Assembly (NCBI GenBank): GCA_041488275.1
Contig: JBGPOY010000004.1
Coordinates: 795-64,794 of the forward strand
DNA: 64,000 nt
Direction of reading: 5' to 3'
Origin: Candidatus Nanoarchaeia archaeon
GTDB lineage: Archaea > Nanobdellota > Nanobdellia > Woesearchaeales > ARS49
This document shows positions 8,027-17,823 of this stretch, piece after piece (within the stretch, counting starts at the first letter, position 1; every line of letters begins with the position of its first letter). The notes beneath the pieces were generated by a model. That model saw only the letters and a program-made list of their open reading frames with translations, was not told where the DNA came from and searched no databases. Made by a program: the position numbers and the translations under genes.

Positions 8027-8528
8027 ACAGGAAATCATCGTGGACAAGGAACGCATCGAGTACGAAGGCATCTTTTCTGTCGCGGGACTCTACCGTTTGA
8101 TTGACGAATGGCTGCTCGACAAGGGTTATTACCGAAAGGAACCGCAGCACATCGAGAGCGCAAAGCCCGAAGGCAAGTTCGTGGAAATGTCGCTGGAACC
8201 GTCCAAGACGCTCACGGACTACGCGCTCAGCATGCTCAAGCTGCGCATCCAGCTCAGCAACATCCGCGACGTGAGCGTCGAAACCGGCGACGGCACGAAG
8301 CAGCGCCTGAACCAAGGCAAGGTCCTCATCACGCTGAGCGGCATCCTCGTCACCGATTACGAAGGCAAGTGGGAAGGCAAGCCGCTGTTCCTCTTCATCC
8401 GCACCATCTACGACAAATTCTTGTACAAGCCCATGACCGGTGGATTTCAGGACACGGTTAGGAGAGATGCCGACCAGCTGAAGAACGTCATTTCCGGTTT
8501 CTTGAACCTGCACCGCTACACGACATAA
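8019..8528 (+). CDS. Uncharacterised protein, paralog 3 of the tandem triplet (169 aa)
   Basis: Overlaps paralog 2 by 8 nt. YEGIFSVAGLYRLIDEWLLDKGYY matches paralog 1 closely. Confidence 0.6.
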   Translation: MAEQEIIVDKERIEYEGIFSVAGLYRLIDEWLLDKGYYRKEPQHIESAKPEGKFVEMSLEPSKTLTDYALSMLKLRIQLSNIRDVSVETGDGTKQRLNQGKVLITLSGILVTDYEGKWEGKPLFLFIRTIYDKFLYKPMTGGFQDTVRRDADQLKNVISGFLNLHRYTT

Positions 8529-8565
8529 GCTCGTGCAGAACGCGCGGCTAAAAAATTCTTGCTGA

Positions 8566-9324
8566 TTACAGCCTGATTTTTCTGAAGAAATAGGCGCCAA
8601 TCAGAACGATAGCGACGCAAAATCCGACCATCGCTCCGAAACTGATGAGCGGCGAAATCTGAGACGTACCGAGCAAACCGTACCGAATGCCTTCAACGCC
8701 GTAGGTGAGCGGGTCAAGGTAGCTGAGGGTGCGCAGCCACGCGGGCGCACCGGAGAGCGGGAACAATGCGCCGGACAGGAAAAAGAGTGGGAACGTGATA
8801 AAGTTCATCACGAGCGGAAATCCCTGCATATCGCTCATGCGCGAGCCGAACGCCGTACCCATTGCCGTAAACGTCAGCCCGATAAGGAGCATGAAACCGA
8901 CCGCGATGAAGAATCCCGTGACGCTCGAGATGGACGCGCCAAAGATGAGTGAAATCGCGAGCAGGATGAATCCTTGAATGACTGCAGTGGTCGCGCCGCC
9001 GAGCGTGTGTCCGAGCATGATGCTGGTTCTCGAAACGGGCGCGACAAGCGTTTCCTTGAGGAATCCGAACTGCTTGTCCCAGATGATTTGGATGCCGGAA
9101 AACATCGACGTGAAGAGGACGGTCATCGCGATGATGCCGGGCGCGATGAATGCGAGATAATTGTGCTGCATTCCCGGAACGCTCACCGAGTTCAGTCCGG
9201 TGCCGATGATGACGAGGAAAAAGAACGGCATGCCGATGCTGCCGATGATTCTGCTGGGTGAACGGATGTAGCGCGTCATGGTGCGCAGCCAGAGGGTTAC
9301 GATTGCTTCCATCATCGTCGCCAC
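8566..9324 (-). CDS. ABC-2 family transporter permease
   Basis: Six predicted transmembrane segments in an ABC-2 permease-like pattern. Overlaps the upstream ATPase gene, indicating an operon. Confidence 0.8.
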   Translation of the reverse strand: MATMMEAIVTLWLRTMTRYIRSPSRIIGSIGMPFFFLVIIGTGLNSVSVPGMQHNYLAFIAPGIIAMTVLFTSMFSGIQIIWDKQFGFLKETLVAPVSRTSIMLGHTLGGATTAVIQGFILLAISLIFGASISSVTGFFIAVGFMLLIGLTFTAMGTAFGSRMSDMQGFPLVMNFITFPLFFLSGALFPLSGAPAWLRTLSYLDPLTYGVEGIRYGLLGTSQISPLISFGAMVGFCVAIVLIGAYFFRKIRL

Positions 9325-10298
9325 GCTCTGCGTACGAGGCGCATGGTTTCTTTCCCGCCGGATTCTTCCTCGCGGATGGTCTTGCCTGTGACATGCAGGA
9401 AGACGTCTTCCAGCGTAGGCGTATGGACGCTGATGTGCTCAAGCGTGATGTTGGATTCCTGCGCGAGCTTGACCAAGTCGGAGATGCGGTACGCGGGTCG
9501 GTCGGCCTTGATGGACAGCGTGCCGTCATGCTGCTTCACGCCGGACGACCATTTCGCGCGCGCAAGCTCTTGGACGAGCTCATTCTGCTTCTTCGTTTTC
9601 ACCGAAATGAAGCCGCCGCCGACCGAGCGTTTGAGGTTTTCTGACGTGTCGAGCGCGATGATTTTGCCGTGGTCGATGATGGCGATGCGGTCGCACAAGC
9701 GGTCGGCTTCCTCCATATAGTGTGTCGTGAGAATGATGGTGACTTTCTTGTTCTTGTTGATGGCGCTGATGTACTCCCACAAATGGTTGCGCGTTTGCGG
9801 GTCCAGCCCGATAGTGGGTTCGTCAAGGAACAGCACGCGGGGCTCGTGGAGTAGTCCGCGCGCGATTTCCAAGCGGCGGCGCATGCCTCCTGAGTACGTG
9901 CGCACCAGGTCCTTCTGGCGGTCTTCGAGTCCGACGAGTTTCAGGAGTTCCGCGATGCGTTTCTTGCGCTCGGCGACGGGCACGCTGTAGAGGCGTCCGT
10001 GGATGTCGAGATTTTCGTAGCCGGTGAGCTCGTCGTCGAGGCTTTGGTCCTGAAAGACGACGCCGATGGACTTGCGCACCTCATTCTGCTGGGTGAGAAT
10101 GTTGAACCCGTTCACGGTCGCGCTGCCCGAGGTCGGCTGGCTCAGCGTGGCAAGCATCGAAATGGTGGTGGTCTTGCCCGCGCCGTTCGGACCGAGAAAA
10201 CCGAAGATTTCACCCTCGTTCACGTCGAAGCTGACGTCGTCAACGGCGGTGAAGTTGCCGAACTTCTTCGTCAGCTTGTTCAGGGAAATCATCGCCAT
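9312..10298 (-). CDS. ABC transporter ATP-binding protein (DrrA-like) with a C-terminal extension
   Basis: Walker A GPNGAGKTTTISML, signature LSGGMRRRL, Walker B VLFLDEPT. Confidence 0.85.
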   Translation of the reverse strand: MAMISLNKLTKKFGNFTAVDDVSFDVNEGEIFGFLGPNGAGKTTTISMLATLSQPTSGSATVNGFNILTQQNEVRKSIGVVFQDQSLDDELTGYENLDIHGRLYSVPVAERKKRIAELLKLVGLEDRQKDLVRTYSGGMRRRLEIARGLLHEPRVLFLDEPTIGLDPQTRNHLWEYISAINKNKKVTIILTTHYMEEADRLCDRIAIIDHGKIIALDTSENLKRSVGGGFISVKTKKQNELVQELARAKWSSGVKQHDGTLSIKADRPAYRISDLVKLAQESNITLEHISVHTPTLEDVFLHVTGKTIREEESGGKETMRLVRRAWRR

Positions 10299-10491
10299 AT
10301 CGGATGTCCGACATACGGAGGTTAAAAAGGTTGTGATTCAAGCCCCCAGCCGGAGTTGCACCGGCGACCTGCAGTTTACAAAACTGCCGCAATGGCTACT
10401 ATGCTATGGGGGCGTGTTCTTTCCTCTCCTCGGGACGTTTTTAAATCTTCCCGCCGTAATCCTTAAATAGTGTTTCTCGTCAGGCGCGGGT

Positions 10492-10950
10492 ATGACGGTG
10501 AAGGACGACTACGAAAAGCTGCGCAAGCGGTTCAATCTGCCGTCGTTCGACGAGATTGATGCCGAGTTTGACCTCGCGGGAATCGAGGAAGGCAATCTCC
10601 TGCGCGAAATCCGGCATCGCGTGCACGAACGCCTCGAGTTCGGCGCGGGCATTATCGACACGATTTGCCAGCCCGACGCCAACAACATGCGTTCCATGAT
10701 GGAGTGCGGCTTCTTCAACGACCAGGAAAAGACCAAGGCGTTTCATCTTTCGCAGCGCTTGATGGTATTGTGGCGCAGTTTGACCGAAGCCGAACTGCTC
10801 AACGACGAAAAGTCCGACGTCGAAGCAATCAAACTCGCGTTCAAGGAGTGGAAAGAGATGAAAGAGCCGCTCCTCGCGTTCATCCGCAAAATGAAGGAGT
10901 CTTGGAAGCACGCCGCGCCGGGCAGGGAAGATCTCGGCTATCTCGGATGA
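10492..10950 (+). CDS. Hypothetical protein (152 aa), translationally coupled (ATGA) to adk
   Basis: Clean ORF with a TATA (tttttaaatc) about 45 bp upstream. No recognisable family. Confidence 0.5.
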   Translation: MTVKDDYEKLRKRFNLPSFDEIDAEFDLAGIEEGNLLREIRHRVHERLEFGAGIIDTICQPDANNMRSMMECGFFNDQEKTKAFHLSQRLMVLWRSLTEAELLNDEKSDVEAIKLAFKEWKEMKEPLLAFIRKMKESWKHAAPGREDLGYLG

Positions 10951-11570
10951 AAATCGTCCTGATGGGCCCGCAGGGGTCAGGAAAAAGCGTGCAGGCGGAA
11001 CGTCTCTCGGCACACTACGACATTCCGCATCTTGCCATCGGCGACGTTTTGCGCGCAGAAGTCGCGAAAAAGACGGCAATGGGCAAGCGCATCGAAAAGG
11101 CAATTGACGCGGGCAAGCTCGTTTCGAACTCATTCACCAACAAGATTGTCGAGAAACGCTTGGAAGAAAACGACGCCGCCGACGGCTGGATTCTCGACGG
11201 GTATCCCCGCGACTTGCCGCAGGCGGAATTCTTGGACGGCATCACGGACTTGGACGCGGTTATCGTTATTGACATTCCCGAAAAGCTCACTATTGAGCGC
11301 ATCGCGAGCCGCAGAATCTGCCCGAAGTGCGGAGCAGTGTACGGTATCACGATGAAGCCCAAAAAAGCGGGTGTCTGCGACAAGTGCGGCACCAAACTCG
11401 TGCACCGCGATGACGACAAGCCCGACGCCATCAAGAAGCGCTTGGAAATCTATCACGAGGAAACCGAGCCGCTGACGGAATACTACAAACCCCGCAACTT
11501 GGTGCACGTCGTGGACGGCGCGAAAGGCGTGGACGCCGTGTTCAAAGAAATTACGCAGTTTCTTGGCTGA
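10947..11570 (+). CDS. adk: Adenylate kinase with a zinc-ribbon LID
   Basis: MKIVLMGPQGSGKS P-loop; LID with CPKCG...CDKCG. The upstream ORF extension is rejected. Confidence 0.85.
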   Translation: MKIVLMGPQGSGKSVQAERLSAHYDIPHLAIGDVLRAEVAKKTAMGKRIEKAIDAGKLVSNSFTNKIVEKRLEENDAADGWILDGYPRDLPQAEFLDGITDLDAVIVIDIPEKLTIERIASRRICPKCGAVYGITMKPKKAGVCDKCGTKLVHRDDDKPDAIKKRLEIYHEETEPLTEYYKPRNLVHVVDGAKGVDAVFKEITQFLG

Positions 11571-12540
11571 ATAGTTGTTTCACGACTTCGGTGGCGTACC
11601 CGCCGGGCGGAAGCGTAAAGGTGAGCGTGATTTTCTTCATGCCCGCGTTCAGCTCATCGTCATCGGGTGTGCTGTGTTTCAAGTGCTGCACGTCCAGCGT
11701 CGTCGCGCGCGTCGTGCCTTCTTCGCTCAGTTCGGGAAATGATCGCAAAACGAACGCGCGGGGTTGAATGCCTTCGTGTTTCAGTTGCAATTGCACGTGG
11801 TGGTCGGATGGTTCAGAACCGAACCCGACGACGGGAACCGTGAACGGAAGAATGCCTTTGGCAAGCGTCCGCACCGCGTCGTTCCAGAGCTTGCTTTGGT
11901 ACGCGTGGACGAACAAACGCAGCAATTTCTTGGGCAGCATCCGCAACGCACCGAGCGTATCTGTCGGAGCGTGCGCAAGATGCGCTCGAAGCGTACCCGC
12001 GTCTTGAGGTTCGGTGTCGAGCACGAGCGCAAGCGCGGTTGCGTAGTCGCCTTTGACGATCGCCTTCCCAACACCCGCGTTGTTGACGCTGAAGCGCTGG
12101 TCGCCGAAGTAATTGATGAAGCGCGCAGGAACGACCGGACCGCGTTCGATGTCGCGCACCGTGATGCTGAATCGGTTTCCTGCGTGACTGCCGAGCGTCA
12201 CCGGTTCGGTGTCGTACCCGAGAAACGTCGTGGTGATGAACCCGTCATCGAAAGGAACGCGAACGTCAGGGACCCGCTTGACTGAGCACACTTGCGTCGT
12301 GATTGCCTGCGCGTCCTTCAATCCCGCGAACCCGATGTCCTTGAGCTGCACGTTCCAGTGGCGCGCGAGTGTACGGGCGGCTTCGAGCGTGCCGACGCCG
12401 CGCTTGCGCAGGATGAACCACGAAAACTGTCCGCTGCCCGCGGGCTTGCGGGAGTGGAGTTCCTCGACGATAAAATCCTCGGGCACCTGCTTGACGCGCA
12501 TGGGCGAAAGGGAGCGCACAAGGTTTTTAAACCCTCTCAC
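11551..12540 (-). CDS. truD: tRNA pseudouridine(13) synthase TruD/Pus7-like
   Basis: VKQVPEDFIVEE N-terminal motif, AGLKDAQA, FINYFGDQRF. The true start may be the internal Met at ~12501. Confidence 0.75.
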   Translation of the reverse strand: MRGFKNLVRSLSPMRVKQVPEDFIVEELHSRKPAGSGQFSWFILRKRGVGTLEAARTLARHWNVQLKDIGFAGLKDAQAITTQVCSVKRVPDVRVPFDDGFITTTFLGYDTEPVTLGSHAGNRFSITVRDIERGPVVPARFINYFGDQRFSVNNAGVGKAIVKGDYATALALVLDTEPQDAGTLRAHLAHAPTDTLGALRMLPKKLLRLFVHAYQSKLWNDAVRTLAKGILPFTVPVVGFGSEPSDHHVQLQLKHEGIQPRAFVLRSFPELSEEGTTRATTLDVQHLKHSTPDDDELNAGMKKITLTFTLPPGGYATEVVKQLFSQETA

Positions 12541-12555
12541 GCGCGTTGGAAGGGT

Positions 12556-12630
12556 GCGCCCGTAGCTCAGCCTGGATAGAGCGCGAGGTTCCTAACCTTG
12601 AGGCCGAGGGTTCGAATCCCTTCGGGCGCG
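12556..12630 (+). tRNA. tRNA-Arg (anticodon CCT)
   Basis: Hand-folded cloverleaf: acceptor gcgcccg/cgggcgc, D arm gctc-agcctggata-gagc, anticodon stem cgagg/ccttg with loop ttCCTaa, T arm gaggg-ttcgaat-ccctt. Confidence 0.8.
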
Positions 12631-12631
12631 T

Positions 12632-13402
12632 ATGTTAACGTCCGATTACGCCGCAAGCTTTGACGGCACGCTCATCCATTATCAGGTAAACCGCCGCCCG
12701 AAAAACCCTACGCTGGTGTTCATCCACGGCGCGGGCAGCAACCACACCGCGTGGGCGCGAATCACGCCGCGGTTCAAGAACCGTTCCTACATCGCGGTCG
12801 ACTTGCGCAACCACGGGCTGTCCGGCTTCGGCAAATTTTCTATTGAGAACGTCACGCGCGACATTGCCGAAGTGCTTGCGCGCGAGCACGTGAAGGAATT
12901 CATTCCGGTCGGCATGTCCCTTGGCGCTCCGGTCGCGCTCGAGCTCGTCAAGCGTTTCCCGGACAAAGCAAAACGCGTCGTGCTCATCAGCCCGAGTTCG
13001 CGCTCCCTGACGAACCACAGCGCGTTTTTTGTCGAGGCGATGCGCACGATTCGCGGCGCGCTGATGCTGTTCCCGAAGCGTAACCGTCTGAAGTTCGTGC
13101 GTCAGAACAAAAAAGTCCCCGCAATTATCAACCCGTTCTGGGAAATGCAGGGAATTCACGTGCGCGACATGGCGCTTGCGATTGAGCGCGCGCTCACGCT
13201 TGAGCTGGATTTTACGAGCCTACGAAAACCAACGCTTATATTGACGGGGCGCAATGACTTGTTGATGAACCGGCGCGCGCTGAACAAGATTCTTCGGCGG
13301 AACCCGCATATCGCGCACGAATCGCTTCCCGCGCACCACCTGATTCTCAGCCGGGCGCCGTCGCTCGCAGCCGAGCGCATCGCGGCGTTTGCGGAGGACT
13401 GA
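12632..13402 (+). CDS. Alpha/beta-fold hydrolase
   Basis: LVFIHGAGSNHTAW near the N-terminus and nucleophile-elbow GMSLGA. Confidence 0.75.
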   Translation: MLTSDYAASFDGTLIHYQVNRRPKNPTLVFIHGAGSNHTAWARITPRFKNRSYIAVDLRNHGLSGFGKFSIENVTRDIAEVLAREHVKEFIPVGMSLGAPVALELVKRFPDKAKRVVLISPSSRSLTNHSAFFVEAMRTIRGALMLFPKRNRLKFVRQNKKVPAIINPFWEMQGIHVRDMALAIERALTLELDFTSLRKPTLILTGRNDLLMNRRALNKILRRNPHIAHESLPAHHLILSRAPSLAAERIAAFAED

Positions 13403-14451
13403 TGGCGCGCATCCTGTACGGCATCGCAGGAGAAGGCTTGGGGCACGCCACGCGCGCAAAGGCAATTCTCGAACAGTTGAACCATCACGACGTGCAGATT
13501 GTGACGGGCAGCCGCGCGTTTCCGTACCTCTCGCGTTTCTTTCCCAAGGTGCACCCCGTCTCCTCGCTGCACATCAAGTACTGGAACAACGCGGTCTCGA
13601 CATCGGGGACGCTTGCGTATAACGTCCTGCGGTTTCCCGTGCTGTTGTACTCATTCATTCAAACCGTGTTGCTGGCGCGGAAGTTCAAGCCCGACCTCAT
13701 CATCACCGACTACGAGCCGTTCACGTGCTACACGGGATTGCTCTTGGGCATTCCGATTTTGAGCATTGACAACCAGCACGTGCTCGACCGCGTGCGCACG
13801 GGATTTGACCGCCGCTGGTGGTGGGAAACGTTCAAGCTTAAGCTGCTGACATCCGTCGTCATTCCGTCGGCAACCGAATACATCGTGACCACGTTCGCGT
13901 TCAGCCTGACGCCGTTCAAGAAAACGCGGCTCGTTCCGCCGATTTTGCGCAAGGAATTGCTCGCGATTTCCCCGACGATAGGAAAGCACGTCTTGGTCTA
14001 TCAGACTTCCCAGTCCAATCGCCGCCTGCTTGAACTGTTGAAGCGCCTGCCTGAGCAGTTCATCGTGTACGGGTTCGGCGAGATGCAGAACACGGACAAC
14101 CTCACGTTCAAATCCTTTAGTGAGAGCGAATTTTTCAAGGACATCGCGAGCTGCAAGGCGGTGATTTCCAACGGCGGTTATTCCTTAATGGGGGAGGCGT
14201 TGATGCTCGGCAAGCCCGTGCTCTCAGAACCGGTGCGCAAGCAGTTCGAGCAGACCGTGAACGCGATGCTCTTGGAGAGAGAAGGTTTCGGCATGAACGC
14301 CGTGCACATTCAGGGCGCGAACATCACCGAATTCCTCGCGCACCTCGATATGTATCGCAAGAACTTGAAGAAGTTTGATTCCATCGACAAGAACGCGGGC
14401 GTTGACGAAACGGTCGCGTGGATTGAACGGCTTATCCGGCAAGCTTCTTGA
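13402..14451 (+). CDS. Glycosyltransferase, GT1/GT28-like (MJ1255/TIGR00661-type)
   Basis: ILYGIAGEGLGHATRA N-terminus and a C-terminal GT-B Rossmann region (SNGGYSLMGEALMLGKP). Confidence 0.65.
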   Translation: MARILYGIAGEGLGHATRAKAILEQLNHHDVQIVTGSRAFPYLSRFFPKVHPVSSLHIKYWNNAVSTSGTLAYNVLRFPVLLYSFIQTVLLARKFKPDLIITDYEPFTCYTGLLLGIPILSIDNQHVLDRVRTGFDRRWWWETFKLKLLTSVVIPSATEYIVTTFAFSLTPFKKTRLVPPILRKELLAISPTIGKHVLVYQTSQSNRRLLELLKRLPEQFIVYGFGEMQNTDNLTFKSFSESEFFKDIASCKAVISNGGYSLMGEALMLGKPVLSEPVRKQFEQTVNAMLLEREGFGMNAVHIQGANITEFLAHLDMYRKNLKKFDSIDKNAGVDETVAWIERLIRQAS

Positions 14452-16264
14452 GCAATTCGGCAATCTTTTGTCCTGACGCCTTTCCGCGCAGGCGAGCCAT
14501 CGCTTTTCCGATGAGCGCATTGTACGCCATGCCCTTGTTTTCGGTAATGATGGACGTGAGCTCGCGCGTGAGCTCCGCGTCAGAGAGAAGGGTGTACTTC
14601 TTGAGCACGCCCGTCACCGGACGGTTTTCCTTAAGAATCTCGAGCACGCTTTCCTTGGAGAGGGTGTTGTCGTTGAGCGCGGCAAACAGCGCGTCGTAAT
14701 CGTGGTCCATCGCTGTGCTGTCGATGTTGAACTGGCGTTTGAGGTTACGCGCGCTCGTAAAAAAGACTTCCGCGATGTAGGCGGGCTTGACGCCGGGATA
14801 GTGCTTGACAAATCGTTCGAATACGATTGACTTTTCTGATTTTGCCGCGAGTTCAGCGAGGTCGTGGGCCAAGCCCCATTCTTCATAGCGTTCTGCTTTG
14901 CTTTCAATCAGTTCCGGAAGCGTCGTTGATTCGAGAAGCTTGAGTAACGGAACAGGTTTGACGTCGGTTTCCGGGTACAGTCGCGCGGCGCCGGGCATCG
15001 GGCGCAGGAATGTGGTCGTTCCGTCGTCATTTGCCTTGCGGACTTCTTTCGGAATGCCTTTCAGCGTTTCTCTCGCGCGTTCGATGATGGCGGTCATCGC
15101 GCGCTGCGCCTTATCTGGAGCGTCTGCGACGAGCACGAACGCATCGTTGGCCAAGCAACCCAGCGCGCGCCGGAGCGCGTCCACTTCGCCTTGCGTGATG
15201 CCGTACTTGGGCAGCTCGTCCGAGTGAAAGAGTCCGCCGACACCGGCGGTTGATTTCGCGCGGTCGGAAAATTCCGTGCCCAAACGCCTGCCGGGCTGGA
15301 CTTCCTTGCCCGTAAGACCGTGAAAGCCGTGCAAACGGATGCCGAGCACGACGCCTTTGTTCTTGAGCGCATTCTTGATGACTTCTCCGTCGCATTTGGC
15401 AAGAATGTGCGTGACGTCCTCGACTTTCGGGCTGAGTTCTTTCACGCCGCGCTTCGCAAGTTCATCGCGCATCTCGAGCAAGGTCTTTTGGCGCAATGCT
15501 TCGTACGCCACGAGCGTCGGGAGCATCTTGAGGTCTTGCGCGCCCTTGATTTCGACGCGCGTGCCGCCGATGATGCTGACGTTCACGTCTTGGCGAATCG
15601 TGCCGAGCCCGCGTTTCGCGTTGCCGGTACTGCGCAGCAGCAAGCCGAGCGCTTCGGCGACTTCTCTGCACTGGTCCGGGTCCTTGATTTCGGGACCGGT
15701 GCCGATTTCGACGAGCGGAATGCCCAGCCGATCGAGCCGGTAAAGCGTTTCAGAAGAATTGTTCTTGATAATGCGGCACGCATCCTCTTCGAGGCTGATG
15801 TTCGGAATGGTGACGGTGCCGTGCGGCGTCGTGAGCGTGCCGTTGCGCGCGACAAGAGCCGTGCGCTGGAACGCGGACGTGTTGCTGCCGTCCACAATCG
15901 TCTTGCGCATCACTTGCAGTTGGTCCGAGACGCGCGCCTTGAGCAGGAGCGCGGCTTGCAACGCGACCGTGAGCGCTTGGTCGTTCAGCGTTTCGGGAGG
16001 AGATTCATCGAGTTCGACAAGACAGGTCGTGTCCTCGAACCCTTCGTAGACAAAGGATTTGCCTTTTTCCATTTCGTGCATGGCTGCAACGTCAATGTCT
16101 CCGGTTTCGCCGGCGACGGCGCGCAGCTGGCGGCGAACGGTGAAGTGCGCGGGGTCGTCCCGAATCAGCGTCGGACAATTACAGAAGAGCTTGCGTCCCT
16201 CGAGCTGTTGGTGAATCTCGAGTCCGCATTTCAGTCCGAGTTGTTTCCAGTCGAGCGCTGCCAT
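14432..16264 (-). CDS. gatE: Glutamyl-tRNA(Gln) amidotransferase subunit E
   Basis: Archaea-specific GatE N-terminus (LKCGLEIHQQL...FCNCPT) and GatB-like body. Confidence 0.9.
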   Translation of the reverse strand: MAALDWKQLGLKCGLEIHQQLEGRKLFCNCPTLIRDDPAHFTVRRQLRAVAGETGDIDVAAMHEMEKGKSFVYEGFEDTTCLVELDESPPETLNDQALTVALQAALLLKARVSDQLQVMRKTIVDGSNTSAFQRTALVARNGTLTTPHGTVTIPNISLEEDACRIIKNNSSETLYRLDRLGIPLVEIGTGPEIKDPDQCREVAEALGLLLRSTGNAKRGLGTIRQDVNVSIIGGTRVEIKGAQDLKMLPTLVAYEALRQKTLLEMRDELAKRGVKELSPKVEDVTHILAKCDGEVIKNALKNKGVVLGIRLHGFHGLTGKEVQPGRRLGTEFSDRAKSTAGVGGLFHSDELPKYGITQGEVDALRRALGCLANDAFVLVADAPDKAQRAMTAIIERARETLKGIPKEVRKANDDGTTTFLRPMPGAARLYPETDVKPVPLLKLLESTTLPELIESKAERYEEWGLAHDLAELAAKSEKSIVFERFVKHYPGVKPAYIAEVFFTSARNLKRQFNIDSTAMDHDYDALFAALNDNTLSKESVLEILKENRPVTGVLKKYTLLSDAELTRELTSIITENKGMAYNALIGKAMARLRGKASGQKIAELLKKLAG

Positions 16265-16491
16265 AGGATTTCCTTGCCTTTTTTGAGGAGCTTGATGCGC
16301 GTAAGCGGCAGCGCGATTTCCTCGCCCGCCATATCGATGACGACGGAGGAGGCTTCGATGCGCTTGATGTCCGCGTATTTTTTCTCGATGAGCTGGCGCA
16401 GGACGCGGTCTTCATACGCGAACGTGTAGTCGGCAGGGTGTTCGGTCGCGTCCTGTTTGATGTCGTTGAGGAGGTCGCGGAGGTATGCCAT
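16231..16491 (-). CDS. Small conserved-looking hypothetical protein (86 aa) wedged between gatD and gatE
   Basis: Its start overlaps the gatD stop, and its 3' end overlaps the first 34 nt of gatE. The composition is protein-like. Confidence 0.4.
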   Translation of the reverse strand: MAYLRDLLNDIKQDATEHPADYTFAYEDRVLRQLIEKKYADIKRIEASSVVIDMAGEEIALPLTRIKLLKKGKEILWQRSTGNNSD

Positions 16492-17786
16492 TAGCGCCAG
16501 AGGAATGCGTTCGGCTCGATGCGTTCGCTGAGCTCGCCCGCGATGTTTGCGCCGTAGCGCGCCTGCGCTTCCGCTTTGGGATGATTGCTGAGGAGCCAGG
16601 CGAGCTTGAGGAACGCGGTTTCGGGATGCATGTCCGTCAGGTTGCCGAGCACGCCGAGTTCCTGCAGTTTTCTTCCGGGAGCGTAGACGTTCATGTCGAC
16701 TTCTCCGAAGAGCGTTTGCGTTGCCATCGCGACGAGCGTTCCCGACGCGATGACTCCTTTCAGCGCGGTGAGAATTTTCGTGTGTTCTTTGGTTTCGGCG
16801 TCAATCTCGTTCATCGGAATGTGTCCGAGGCCTGTTCCTGAAAGCACGAGTCCGTCCCATCCTTTGTAGAGCGAGAACTGTTCGGCGTACATGTTAGTGT
16901 GAATGTGCAGGAGCCCGACTTGCAGCGTTTCCTTGAACGGCTTGACGACAAACGTGCCCGTGCCCTTGCGCGGGTAGTCGGTGCGGAGCCAGATTACTTT
17001 CTTGGACTTCACGTCGACGCTTGCCCACGGCAACGCGTTGATGGGTCGGAACGCGTCTCTTCGGGACGAGTGGAGCTTGCGGCACTTTGTTCCTTGCAGG
17101 ATGAGGCAGGACGTGTCGTTGAGGTTTTCGTGCATGCAGACGCCGACGCCGACGAATTCCGTGTTCGCGATGAAGCTCGCTGCCGCGATGAGATTTGCTC
17201 CCGCGTCAGAGCTGCCTCGGTCAGAGGAGCGTTGCGCTCCGACGAGGATGACCGGAATCGGCAGGTTGTGCAACGCGAAGGAGAGCGCGGCGGAGCTGTA
17301 GTGCATCGTGTCCGTGCCGTGCGTGATGATGACTCCATTAACTCCTTTCGCGATTTCCTTGGCGACTTCGTGCGCGAGCAGGTTGTAGTGCGCGAACCGC
17401 ATGTCGTCGGACGCCATGTTGCGGATGAGGCGAGAGTCAATGTTGGCGATGTCGCGCAGTTCGGGGAAGAGCGCGAGGATTTCGTCCGGCGTGAACCGGC
17501 TCGTCACGGCGCCGGTCTCGTAGTCCACCTTGCTCGCGATGGTGCCGCCGGTGTGGAGAATGGTGATGCGCGGCAAACCGTTCTTGTGCGCGACCGCTTT
17601 CGTCGCAGGTTCTTTCGCGTGGTGCGCTTCAACGAGCTTGATGTCTTTGACGCGCTTCTTGTCCACGCCGATGTTGTACCCAGAATCGAGCTTGACGATG
17701 ACAAAGTCCTTTTCTTCGGGAAGCAGCACGCCTTGGACGGTCTCGTCCTTCGCGACGATGCTGACGCGGTCACCTGGCTTGGGCAT
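16491..17786 (-). CDS. gatD: Glutamyl-tRNA(Gln) amidotransferase subunit D (asparaginase-like)
   Basis: ILHTGGTIAS, HGTDTM, and asparaginase-family architecture with the GatD N-terminal domain. Confidence 0.9.
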   Translation of the reverse strand: MPKPGDRVSIVAKDETVQGVLLPEEKDFVIVKLDSGYNIGVDKKRVKDIKLVEAHHAKEPATKAVAHKNGLPRITILHTGGTIASKVDYETGAVTSRFTPDEILALFPELRDIANIDSRLIRNMASDDMRFAHYNLLAHEVAKEIAKGVNGVIITHGTDTMHYSSAALSFALHNLPIPVILVGAQRSSDRGSSDAGANLIAAASFIANTEFVGVGVCMHENLNDTSCLILQGTKCRKLHSSRRDAFRPINALPWASVDVKSKKVIWLRTDYPRKGTGTFVVKPFKETLQVGLLHIHTNMYAEQFSLYKGWDGLVLSGTGLGHIPMNEIDAETKEHTKILTALKGVIASGTLVAMATQTLFGEVDMNVYAPGRKLQELGVLGNLTDMHPETAFLKLAWLLSNHPKAEAQARYGANIAGELSERIEPNAFLWR

Positions 17787-17823
17787 AGGGAAATCCTGAG
17801 AACGGGGCTTTATTAATATTCCC

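Noticed and set aside
10665-10946. Upstream extension of adk (MPARRQQHAFHDGVRL...)
   Set aside because: Arg-rich and overlapping the coding frame of the preceding gene. The adenylate kinase P-loop begins at ATG 10947.
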